Below, one piece after another: positions 28,820 to 37,151 of a stretch of DNA of 64,000 bases. Position 1 is the first letter of the stretch. Every line of letters begins with the position of its first letter. A model generated the notes under the pieces. It ran no database searches and was not told where the DNA came from. It saw only the letters and a program-made list of their open reading frames with translations. The position numbers and the translations under genes are program-made. Source of the DNA: Alkalispirochaeta sp. (GTDB lineage Bacteria > Spirochaetota > Spirochaetia > DSM-27196 > Alkalispirochaetaceae); contig OZ271854.1 in assembly GCA_965601925.1 (NCBI GenBank), positions 992,001-1,056,000 on the forward strand, given 5' to 3'.

Positions 28820-29695
28820 TCAGCGCGCAGTGTCCGTCGCCGCCTCGCCACCGCCGCCCTCCACACGACGCGAGATGTCGACGAGCCGTGCCGCCTGTTC
28901 GACAATGACCGGTGCCTGCTCGAGCGAGTCGGCGACGGAAAGAACGTAGGCAAGGGCGGCAAAAATAGTGCCGGCCTGAGCGCCGCCCGTACCGGTGATG
29001 TGGAGAAGTACCGAGACGACCGCAACGAGGGAGAACAGATCGGTTACCGACCACGCGGCGGCCTGGACGTCGGACAACTTCACGCGCCACTTGGCGACGG
29101 CTCGAAAGTGAACGCCGACACGCTCTCTTTGTCCGTCGGCTACGGCGTCCACCTGCCGTTCCCATCGATCGTTGAGACGGCTATTGAGGGCGAACGCCCT
29201 CTTCCCGTAGAGACGCTGAATTACCGCGACCGGTACGAGCAGCCCCGCGGTGATCAACCCGGCAGTTATGTCGTAGAAAAAGAGCATGACGATCGACCCC
29301 ACGATACCTATCACGGACCGGGCAAACAACGGTAGCTCATATTCCATGAAGTCGATCACCTCTTCCATCATGTCGACCCGGGCGGCCACTTCGCTGGTCG
29401 AGACACCTCGCGCGCGTTGGTCCACGATCATGTCGGCGGCGGCGCGCCCGTACATGACGGTAAACAGCCGCGTGTCGTAGAGCTGACGCCCCGCTCCGGT
29501 GGCGACGTGGGCGACCCATATCGTCGCCAGAGGTGCCACACTCATCACCCCGTCACGGCGAAGGAGACCGTCGATCGCCAATCCGACGGCAAAAGGATAG
29601 AGCAGTTCGAACACATTCTCGACAACCGTCAAAAAGTAGGTGACGACAAGTCTCCAACGGTGGGAACGAACGACACGTTTCAGGGGCGATGACAT
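28820..29695 (-). CDS. Stand-alone ABC transporter six-transmembrane domain protein
   Basis: ENVFELLYPFAVGLAIDGLL, RQLYDTRLF, LNDRWERQV pattern; no NBD; GGGAGGA RBS. Confidence 0.78.
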   Translation of the reverse strand: MSSPLKRVVRSHRWRLVVTYFLTVVENVFELLYPFAVGLAIDGLLRRDGVMSVAPLATIWVAHVATGAGRQLYDTRLFTVMYGRAAADMIVDQRARGVSTSEVAARVDMMEEVIDFMEYELPLFARSVIGIVGSIVMLFFYDITAGLITAGLLVPVAVIQRLYGKRAFALNSRLNDRWERQVDAVADGQRERVGVHFRAVAKWRVKLSDVQAAAWSVTDLFSLVAVVSVLLHITGTGGAQAGTIFAALAYVLSVADSLEQAPVIVEQAARLVDISRRVEGGGGEAATDTAR

Positions 29696-29711
29696 ATTAA
29701 TCCTCCCATGA

Positions 29712-29753
29712 TATTATACAGCGTACGATAAATTTATCGTACGCTGTATAATA
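29712..29753. promoter_or_regulatory. Perfect 42-bp palindrome, probable double TetR operator
   Basis: TATTATACAGCGTACGATAAA|TTTATCGTACGCTGTATAATA between divergent genes; TTGACA on the minus strand at 29755-29760. Confidence 0.8.
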
Positions 29754-29769
29754 ATGTCAAGGAGAAGCC

Positions 29770-30414
29770 ATGCCGAGAACCAAGGGTCAGACGCCGCTTA
29801 CACGAGAGCGGATTGTAGGAACGGCCGTCGAACTCATCGATCGCCGCGGCTTAGAAGAGCTCAGCATGCGTCGCCTCGCCAGCGCACTTGGAGTGAAGCC
29901 GATGGCGCTCTATTATCACTTCAAGGACAAAGAGGCGCTAATCGAGGCCATTGTCGACGCCGTGCTGTCGGAGTGTCGTACCGACCCGGTGGGGCGTTGG
30001 GATGAGCGTGTGCGTCTGTTGTGCCTCTCGATTCGGGATGTGGCTCGACGTCACCCGACCATCTTCATGGCCGCGATGGCCAACGTCAATATCGTGCCCA
30101 GCGACTTCGTCATCGCCGAGGCGTTTCTCGATGCCCTCGCGTCGGGCGGGCTACCTCCGGAGGAGGCGGTACGGGGGTACAACGCGCTGATTACCTACGT
30201 CTCGGGCTTTGCCGTCGACGAAATTGGTGGAATGCTTCTGATGTTCGAAGGCGCGGAAGCGGCTCTCGACGAGCTGCCGCCGGGGCGCTTTCCGCGATTA
30301 CACGCCCATCGCGCGTATCTCACGACGGTCGACGCCGATGCGGAGTTCGAGTACGGGCTCGCCGTACTCCTAAACGGTATCGCGACCGGGAGCACGGGAG
30401 AGACGTCGGGCTGA
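29770..30414 (+). CDS. TetR family regulator (TetR_C type)
   Basis: LTRERIV..GLEELSMRRLASALGVKPMALYYHFKDKEAL; FEYGLAVLLNG. Confidence 0.92.
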   Translation: MPRTKGQTPLTRERIVGTAVELIDRRGLEELSMRRLASALGVKPMALYYHFKDKEALIEAIVDAVLSECRTDPVGRWDERVRLLCLSIRDVARRHPTIFMAAMANVNIVPSDFVIAEAFLDALASGGLPPEEAVRGYNALITYVSGFAVDEIGGMLLMFEGAEAALDELPPGRFPRLHAHRAYLTTVDADAEFEYGLAVLLNGIATGSTGETSG

Positions 30415-30469
30415 GCGGCGCCGGGGAACACCGCTCTCGGATCGACTCACTGCGCCCTTGCGTGCCCTC

Positions 30470-31660
30470 CTACCGGATCCTGCGCACTCCGGCGTCGACG
30501 AGCTCGTTCAGTTTCGATGCGGGCTCCTTGAACTTACTGAGAAAGATCATCGCCGCGATGACATACGGCTTGAAGCTCGCCTCCTTGTAAAGCGGTACCC
30601 GATAGCGGTCGAAGACCGTTGAAGCGACCTCGCCCTTCTCACAGCTGACACCGGTGATATCCGCCGGAAGGCAGTGCATGTACAGCGCGCTACCGGCGTT
30701 GGTCGTCGCCATGAGCTCCTCGGTGCACTCCCAGTCGGTGTGGTCGGCGTTCTGCGTCAACAGCTCCCGCTCCAGCGCCTTGATACCGTCGAAGTCGCCC
30801 TCGCCGTAAAGGGCCGTGCGTCGCTCCATCGCCGCAAAGGGTGCCCAGCTTTTGGGGTACACCACATCCGCGTCGGCAAACGCCTCGGCCATGCTATGGG
30901 TCTTGGTAAACCGGCCGCCCGACGCGGCGGCGTTCTTCCGTGCCACCTCTTCGACCTCTTCCATCACCTCGTATCCCGTCGGGTGGGCGAGCGTTACGTC
31001 GGCGCCGAAGCGCGTCAACAAGCCGACGATGCCCTGAGGTACCGAGAGCGGCTTCCCGTAGGAGGGACTGTACGCCCAGCTCATGGCGATCTTCTTACCC
31101 CGAAGCCCCTCGACACCGCCGAAGTGGTGAATGAGATGCAGTGCGTCGGACATGCTCTGGGTGGGGTGATCGATGTCGCACTGGAGGTTCACCAACGTCG
31201 GTCGCTGCTCCAGGACGCCGTCGGCGTGCCCCTCCTCAACCGCCCGGGCGACCTCGCGCATATAGGTGTTTCCTTTGCCGATATACATATCGTCCCGGAT
31301 GCCGATGACGTCGGCCATGAAGCTCACCATGTTGGCCGTCTCGCGCACCGTCTCGCCGTGGGCGACTTGACTCTTCCCTTCGTCCAGATCCTGGACTTCC
31401 AGGCCTAAGAGGTTGCACGCCGAAGCGTAGCTGAAGCGCGTCCGCGTAGAGTTGTCGCGAAAGAGGCTGATCCCGAGCCCCGAGTCGAAGACTTTGCTCG
31501 AAATGTTCGCCTCCCGCAGGGCGCGTAGAATATCGGCGACGAGAAAGGTGGCGTTAATCTCGTCATCGCTCTTTTCCCAGGTCAACAGAAAGTCGTTGAG
31601 GTACATCCCGCCGGTCTTGAGGTTTCGTAGTCGTTCGATGTCTCTTTTTAGTGTGTCCAT
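30470..31660 (-). CDS. ygeW: Knotted carbamoyltransferase YgeW
   Basis: FRDNSTRTRFS, GETVRETANM, NLQCDIDHPTQ, WAYSPSYGKPLSVPQG, MHCLPADI. Confidence 0.93.
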   Translation of the reverse strand: MDTLKRDIERLRNLKTGGMYLNDFLLTWEKSDDEINATFLVADILRALREANISSKVFDSGLGISLFRDNSTRTRFSYASACNLLGLEVQDLDEGKSQVAHGETVRETANMVSFMADVIGIRDDMYIGKGNTYMREVARAVEEGHADGVLEQRPTLVNLQCDIDHPTQSMSDALHLIHHFGGVEGLRGKKIAMSWAYSPSYGKPLSVPQGIVGLLTRFGADVTLAHPTGYEVMEEVEEVARKNAAASGGRFTKTHSMAEAFADADVVYPKSWAPFAAMERRTALYGEGDFDGIKALERELLTQNADHTDWECTEELMATTNAGSALYMHCLPADITGVSCEKGEVASTVFDRYRVPLYKEASFKPYVIAAMIFLSKFKEPASKLNELVDAGVRRIR

Positions 31661-31891
31661 TCGTCTCTCCTTAGTATGTGGTACCGCTCCCTCGCGGTAG
31701 CGCGTATGTCGACGTGCCGAGGATCGCGTCGTCCGGTCGCGGATGTAAAACCTCCGATTCAGCGTCGGTATGACGGCGCGACCGGCAAAACCGGAACGAG
31801 TGAGATGCCCGGACCGCCGGGGCGAACGCGGCATGCCGCGCACACCGTCGGCGTCGGAGCGCTCGAGTGGGCCGCTGCACCGGGACGCCGG

Positions 31892-33355
31892 CTACGCGTA
31901 CGAGCGCACCCTGGCGTTAAACGCGTCGATCATATCGTCCAGAACATCCCGCGCCTCGTAGATACGCTGCCAGTAATCCCGGTCGTACCACTGGGCGTTA
32001 ATCTCCTCATACGTCTTTCCCTGTTGTTCCACCCACGTGTAGTACTTGAGATTGTGAACGCGTTTGCGATCCTCGTAGCGTAACTCCAAAAGCGCGTCGG
32101 TACCGATCCCGTGCAACATCTCGAAGTCCGCCACGGCGTTGTCCCGGGAGTACGCCCCGCGCTCGGCGGTCAGCTCCTGCAACCGAGAGGTGTACAACGC
32201 CTCGGAGTCGGTAAAGACGGTCATCACCACGTCTTCCTCGGTGAGTTCGTAGTACTTTGCAAATTTAATGGCGGTAAGTACGTTACAGATACAGCTGATG
32301 CCGAGCGTGTCCAAGGCGTCGACGACCGTCGCGTCGACGCCCCGCTCCTTAAGGTACGCCCGGCCCGCAGGCTCGTTGAAGAGCCGCAACAGTCGCATCG
32401 TGTGCTCGTCGTCGACGGCTACCACCATATCGGTGTTCTTCACGTTGTGAATCCACGGCACGTGCTTATCACCGATTCCTTCGATTCGATGGCCGCCGAA
32501 ACCGTTTGAGAGGAGCGTAGGACACTGGAGCGCTTCGCTCACCGCGAGCTTTGCATCGGGGTAGATCGTCTTGAGATACTCCCCCGAAGCGGTAGTACCG
32601 GCGGAACCGGAGGAAACGCACGTTCCGGCGAAGCGGTCACGCGGCCCCATCACGCGTCGCAGGACCTTCTCCATGGCGTGTCCCGTTACCTCGTGGTGCC
32701 ACAGGTGGTTCCCCAACTGGTCGAACTGGTTGAAGATGAAGATGCCCTCCCCGCGCTCGGCGTCCAGTTCGTGGCACTTGTCGAAGATCTCCTTCACGTT
32801 ACTCTCACACCCCGGAGTGGCGATCGTCTCGTCGGCCATCTTCTCGAGCCACGCGAAGCGCTCCCGAGACATCTCCTCCGGCAGGATCGCGATCGATTTG
32901 CACCCCAACAGGCGTGAGATGTAGGCGCCGCCGCGGCAGTAATTGCCGGTCGAGGGCCATACCGCCATGTTCCGCTCCGGGTCGAACTGGCCGGTCACCA
33001 GCGTCGGGGCCAAGCAGCTGTAGGCCGCGCCGACCTTGTGAGCGCCGGTGGGGAACCATTTTCCCACCAACGCGACGATGCGGGCCTGCACACCGGTAAG
33101 CTCTCGCGGCATCTCGAAATAGTTGACCCCGGCGTACGTACCACCGGACTCCACCGGCTCATTCTCCCACGAGACGCGAAAAAGGTTGCGAGAGTGCACG
33201 TCGTTGAGGCCGATCCCCTTGAGCTCATCCCGTATCGCTGCGGGAATCTCCTCCGGGTGGGCCATCTGCCGGTAGGTCGGGAGCACGATGCCCTGCTTGG
33301 CGCAGAGTTTTGCATTCTTCTCTATCTGGGCGTCATGTTTGGTAAGGTCGATCAT
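31892..33355 (-). CDS. Fold-type II PLP-dependent enzyme of unknown specificity
   Basis: GKWFPTGAHKVGAA (PLP lysine), PSTGNY, SGSAGT phosphate loop, HRIEGIG; ATGA-coupled to upstream gene. Confidence 0.85.
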   Translation of the reverse strand: MIDLTKHDAQIEKNAKLCAKQGIVLPTYRQMAHPEEIPAAIRDELKGIGLNDVHSRNLFRVSWENEPVESGGTYAGVNYFEMPRELTGVQARIVALVGKWFPTGAHKVGAAYSCLAPTLVTGQFDPERNMAVWPSTGNYCRGGAYISRLLGCKSIAILPEEMSRERFAWLEKMADETIATPGCESNVKEIFDKCHELDAERGEGIFIFNQFDQLGNHLWHHEVTGHAMEKVLRRVMGPRDRFAGTCVSSGSAGTTASGEYLKTIYPDAKLAVSEALQCPTLLSNGFGGHRIEGIGDKHVPWIHNVKNTDMVVAVDDEHTMRLLRLFNEPAGRAYLKERGVDATVVDALDTLGISCICNVLTAIKFAKYYELTEEDVVMTVFTDSEALYTSRLQELTAERGAYSRDNAVADFEMLHGIGTDALLELRYEDRKRVHNLKYYTWVEQQGKTYEEINAQWYDRDYWQRIYEARDVLDDMIDAFNARVRSYA

Positions 33356-34554
33356 GAATCATCTCCGTTCCCTTGCGAAGTCGAGATAGGGTCTGCTCCG
33401 CCCACGGGGAGAGAGACTCCCTTCTTGGCGGAATCGATATCCTTGAGGCCGCTGCCGGTGACGAGGAGCACTACGGTTGAATCCTGCGGCACCTCATCGC
33501 TGAGTTTCAACAGACCGGCGTAGGATGAGGCGGCGGCGGGTTCGCCGAAGAGACCGCACCGCGATGCGAGCTCACGCTGGGCCGTCAAAATCTCGCGGTC
33601 CGAGACGACCACGGTCCGCCCCCGGTGGCGTTGCAGCCGCCCCAAAGCGAACAGTCCGCCCCGCGGGACATCCACCGAGATCGAGTCCGCAATCGTTTTG
33701 GAAGGGACCGGCGGGCCGAATGAGCCTGTGGCCAGGGCGCGAGCGATGGCGGAGGAACCTTCGGCTTGAACGGCGACCACCGTCGGCATCGCGTCGGCCA
33801 GTCCAAAGGTCACCAAGTCTTCGAACCCCTTATAGACGCCGCTGATAATCACGCCGTCGCCGGTAGGGACGAAGACGTAGTCCGGCATGCGGTCTCCCAG
33901 TTGCTTGAAAATCTCCAGCGAGACGGTCTTTTTCCCCTCGATGGTAAGGGGATTGTAGGCGGTATTGCGCGAGAGCCCGCCGTGCCGCTCCGTGTACTCC
34001 AACGATGCGTCATAGGCGACGTCGTAGGTCCCGTCCACCCGGATGAGATCGGCGCCGTACTGCTCGGCCTGAACCATCTTTGCCGGTGGGGCCGAGGCCG
34101 GCAAGTAGAGGCGTACGGCGATGCCGGCTGCGGCGCCGATGCCGGCCATGGAGCTCCCGGCATTTCCCGTGGAGGCGACGACGATGCGGTCGATCCCCTC
34201 GCGCCGGGCGTACGCCGAGACGAGATAGCTTGCCCGATCCTTGAGCGAGCCGGTGGGATTACCCGTCTCGTCCTTGAGGAAGAGCCCGGGACGGCCCAAA
34301 GCCTCTCGCAGCCGCGCGGGTTCCCAAAGCGGCGTATTCCCCACCGGGACCGGGGGAAACCATGTGCGCTCGACCGGCAACAGATCGAAGGCCTCCCATT
34401 CTTTTTCCGGCACGCCGTCCGGCACGACTTCCAAGACGCCCATGAGGGGCCGGTCGGGGGTTTGTAATGCAGAACAGTCGTCGCAAAGCATTCGATCCGG
34501 GGTAATTGGATACTCCCGACCGCACCGGCTGCAGCGATACGAAAAGCGGATCAT
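33352..34554 (-). CDS. Threonine synthase-like fold-type II PLP enzyme
   Basis: CxxC..CxxC N-terminus; VGNTPL, NPTGSLKDR, ASTGNAG, EGKKT, PTGDG, TGSGLKD. Confidence 0.85.
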   Translation of the reverse strand: MIRFSYRCSRCGREYPITPDRMLCDDCSALQTPDRPLMGVLEVVPDGVPEKEWEAFDLLPVERTWFPPVPVGNTPLWEPARLREALGRPGLFLKDETGNPTGSLKDRASYLVSAYARREGIDRIVVASTGNAGSSMAGIGAAAGIAVRLYLPASAPPAKMVQAEQYGADLIRVDGTYDVAYDASLEYTERHGGLSRNTAYNPLTIEGKKTVSLEIFKQLGDRMPDYVFVPTGDGVIISGVYKGFEDLVTFGLADAMPTVVAVQAEGSSAIARALATGSFGPPVPSKTIADSISVDVPRGGLFALGRLQRHRGRTVVVSDREILTAQRELASRCGLFGEPAAASSYAGLLKLSDEVPQDSTVVLLVTGSGLKDIDSAKKGVSLPVGGADPISTSQGNGDDS

Positions 34555-35777
34555 TGCTCCGGGGTATCCTCCAGTGCGTAGGGGAGCATCGCGTAGAAGG
34601 CGCTGCACTTCTCCAGATCGTCTACCCGAGTAATCTCGTTGGGTGCGTGGGCCTGGTCCTCGTCTCCCGGTCCGAATCCTATAGCGGGAATCTTGTGCCG
34701 CCCCGTTGTGGCGACGAGATTTGTGGAAAAGGTCCACTTATCGACCGTGGGTGGTGCGGACCATAGCGCTTCGTACGCACGTTTACCGGCTTGCACGATC
34801 CGGTGATCCTCGGGGATCTTCCACGTCGGGAAGTAGAGCTCTTGGGAGTAATCCGCCTCTTTCCACCCCCGTCGCGTGTAGTCCGGCATCGTTACCTCCA
34901 CCGCCGACTCGCTCTCGCCGATCGCCTCGGCAACGCACTCCTTTACCTGGCGAATCGCGAGGTCGGCATCCTCCCCCCAGGTGAGGCGGCGGTCCAAATA
35001 GAGCATCGCCTGGTCCGGGACGGCGCACTGCGACGGCCCCTTCACATCGATTTGGCTCACGACGATCGTGCCTTTCCCGAGAAAGTTGTCCTCGTCGGGC
35101 GCAAGTTCCGCGTTCAGTTTCTCCAACGCCAGGGCGGCTCGGGCGGCCTTGTACGCCGCGCTCTCTCCTCGCTCCGGTGCCGACCCGTGGGCCGAGACGC
35201 CGGTAAGACGCAGGACCATCTCCATGCGGCCCCGGTGTCCGCGGTAGAGGCGGCACGAGGTCGGCTCCGTCGAAACGACGAAATCGGGCTTGAGCCCCTC
35301 CTCCTCGATGAGGTACTTCCAACACATCCCGTCGCAATCCTCTTCCATAACGGTAAAGGTGAAGTACACCGAATACTCACCCGCATAGTCGAGGTCTTTG
35401 AGTATCCGCCCGGCGGTGATCATCGCCGCCGCACCGCCTTTTTGGTCGGAGGTGCCGCGACCGTGGACCAACCCGTCGGCGATCTCGCCCGAAAAGGGGT
35501 CCTTCTTCCATTGCGCCGGGTCGCCTACCTCTACGGTGTCGACGTGGCCGTCGAAGGCGAGCTTCTTCGGTCCCGATCCGATACGGGCGACGACGCTTCC
35601 CAAGCCGTCGATACGTACCTCGTCGAAGCCGTAGGACTCGCACATCTCCTTGATCCGCAGGCAGACGTCTTTTTCGGCGGCGCTGTAGGACTTGATACGT
35701 ACCAACTCGCTCAGTACACCGGCGGTCTCATCGCGATACTGCTGCGCCTTTTGTACAATGTCTTGTGCTTTACTCAT
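34551..35777 (-). CDS. ygeY: YgeY family M20 hydrolase
   Basis: DGHVDTV, GRGTSDQKGG, VMEEDCDG, GHRGRME, LDRRLTWGE, KWTFSTN, GFGPG..AHAPNE. Confidence 0.92.
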   Translation of the reverse strand: MSKAQDIVQKAQQYRDETAGVLSELVRIKSYSAAEKDVCLRIKEMCESYGFDEVRIDGLGSVVARIGSGPKKLAFDGHVDTVEVGDPAQWKKDPFSGEIADGLVHGRGTSDQKGGAAAMITAGRILKDLDYAGEYSVYFTFTVMEEDCDGMCWKYLIEEEGLKPDFVVSTEPTSCRLYRGHRGRMEMVLRLTGVSAHGSAPERGESAAYKAARAALALEKLNAELAPDEDNFLGKGTIVVSQIDVKGPSQCAVPDQAMLYLDRRLTWGEDADLAIRQVKECVAEAIGESESAVEVTMPDYTRRGWKEADYSQELYFPTWKIPEDHRIVQAGKRAYEALWSAPPTVDKWTFSTNLVATTGRHKIPAIGFGPGDEDQAHAPNEITRVDDLEKCSAFYAMLPYALEDTPEQ

Positions 35778-35825
35778 GGTGTTCCCTTTCCGTAGCGTCA
35801 GGCCTTTCGGGTTGTCGCGTCCGCG

Positions 35826-37151
35826 CTACGCCTCGATAGTCTTCATCCGTTCCCACAAGCGCACCGCTTGACCACGCGCCTCGCGGTAGATTGCCTCTGT
35901 ATCCGCGGAGAGTCGCCGGTCGCGCATTACGATACGCCCCTCGATCATCACCGTCTCCACGATCTCCGCCCCCATGCCGAAGACCATGTGCCCCGCGATG
36001 TTCTCCGCAACCAAGGGCGTCGGACTCGCGTAGGTCGCGACGACCAAATCCGCCGCATACTCAGGCTCCAAGCGCCCGAAAGAACGGCCGAATATGCGTC
36101 GCAGAATCTCGTTTCCCGACGCCAGGGCCTGCAAAAAATCTCCCGGTCCCAAGGAGCCGCCGGCGTCGCGATGTTTAAAATAGGCGCTCTTCAACTCGGT
36201 AAACATGTCGCCACCGATACCGTCGGTGCCGAGAGCGAAGTGTTTGAACTCCGGCAGACGGTGGTTGTACCCCACGTTGTTGTTCATGTTGGATCGACAG
36301 CTGTGCAGAAGAAAACCGTCGTGTCCGTTGAGAAGCTCGACTTCGGCGGCGCCCAGATGGGTGCCGTGGGCGACGAGACACTTCCCGTCTATGAGGTCGA
36401 AGTCCGCCAGGCGCGGAATCAAATCCTTACCGTAGGTGATATGCGAGTAGGAGGCGTCGTAAAGATCCTCCGCCACGTGTACATGGAATCCTCGCCCCGT
36501 CTCTTCGCACGCGTCGGCGACCATCTTCAGTCCGTTATCCGGCAGGGTCGCCGGTGCATGTCCACCGATGAGTGCCTCGGTGAGGCCCGACCAGGAGCCG
36601 GCGGTGCGCTCCTCGTCGATGCGCTTCGCAAAAGCGATGTTCTCCGCTACTCCCGCGCGCATCCCCGCCTCTCCGTGACGGTCGGTCACCTCGTAGCAGG
36701 TGACGCCCCGGAGACCCGCCTCCTCAAAGGCTCGTTGTATCGTCGCGAGGGATCCGGTAATGAAGTTAGGCGACGCGTTGTGGTCGACTACCGCCGTGGT
36801 ACCGCAGCGAATCGCGTCCAATGAGCAAACGAGGGCGGCGGAGTAGAGACTCTCCTCGTCCAGCGCGCGATCCATGCGCCACCATAGATTTTTTAGGATC
36901 GAAACGAAGTCCGGCGTGGGGCCGATCTCCACGAGCATCCCCCGGGCGAGGCCGGAGTAGTAGTGGTGGTGACTGCAGACGAGGCCGGGAAAAATCACCT
37001 TGCCGCCGGCGTCGACTACGGTCGCTCCGCCTTCGACCGAAATGTTCGCTCCGACCTCTTTGATCGCCGCCCCATCCACCAGAAGATCGTAACCCTCCCG
37101 TACTCGCGGCGGATCGAAGTCGACAAGGGTAGCGTTCTTAAAGAGAATCAT
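35826..37151 (-). CDS. ssnA: Amidohydrolase SsnA
   Basis: PGLVCSHHHYYSGLARG, LWWRMDRALD, HVHVAE, SNMNNNVG, LGTDG. Confidence 0.9.
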   Translation of the reverse strand: MILFKNATLVDFDPPRVREGYDLLVDGAAIKEVGANISVEGGATVVDAGGKVIFPGLVCSHHHYYSGLARGMLVEIGPTPDFVSILKNLWWRMDRALDEESLYSAALVCSLDAIRCGTTAVVDHNASPNFITGSLATIQRAFEEAGLRGVTCYEVTDRHGEAGMRAGVAENIAFAKRIDEERTAGSWSGLTEALIGGHAPATLPDNGLKMVADACEETGRGFHVHVAEDLYDASYSHITYGKDLIPRLADFDLIDGKCLVAHGTHLGAAEVELLNGHDGFLLHSCRSNMNNNVGYNHRLPEFKHFALGTDGIGGDMFTELKSAYFKHRDAGGSLGPGDFLQALASGNEILRRIFGRSFGRLEPEYAADLVVATYASPTPLVAENIAGHMVFGMGAEIVETVMIEGRIVMRDRRLSADTEAIYREARGQAVRLWERMKTIEA

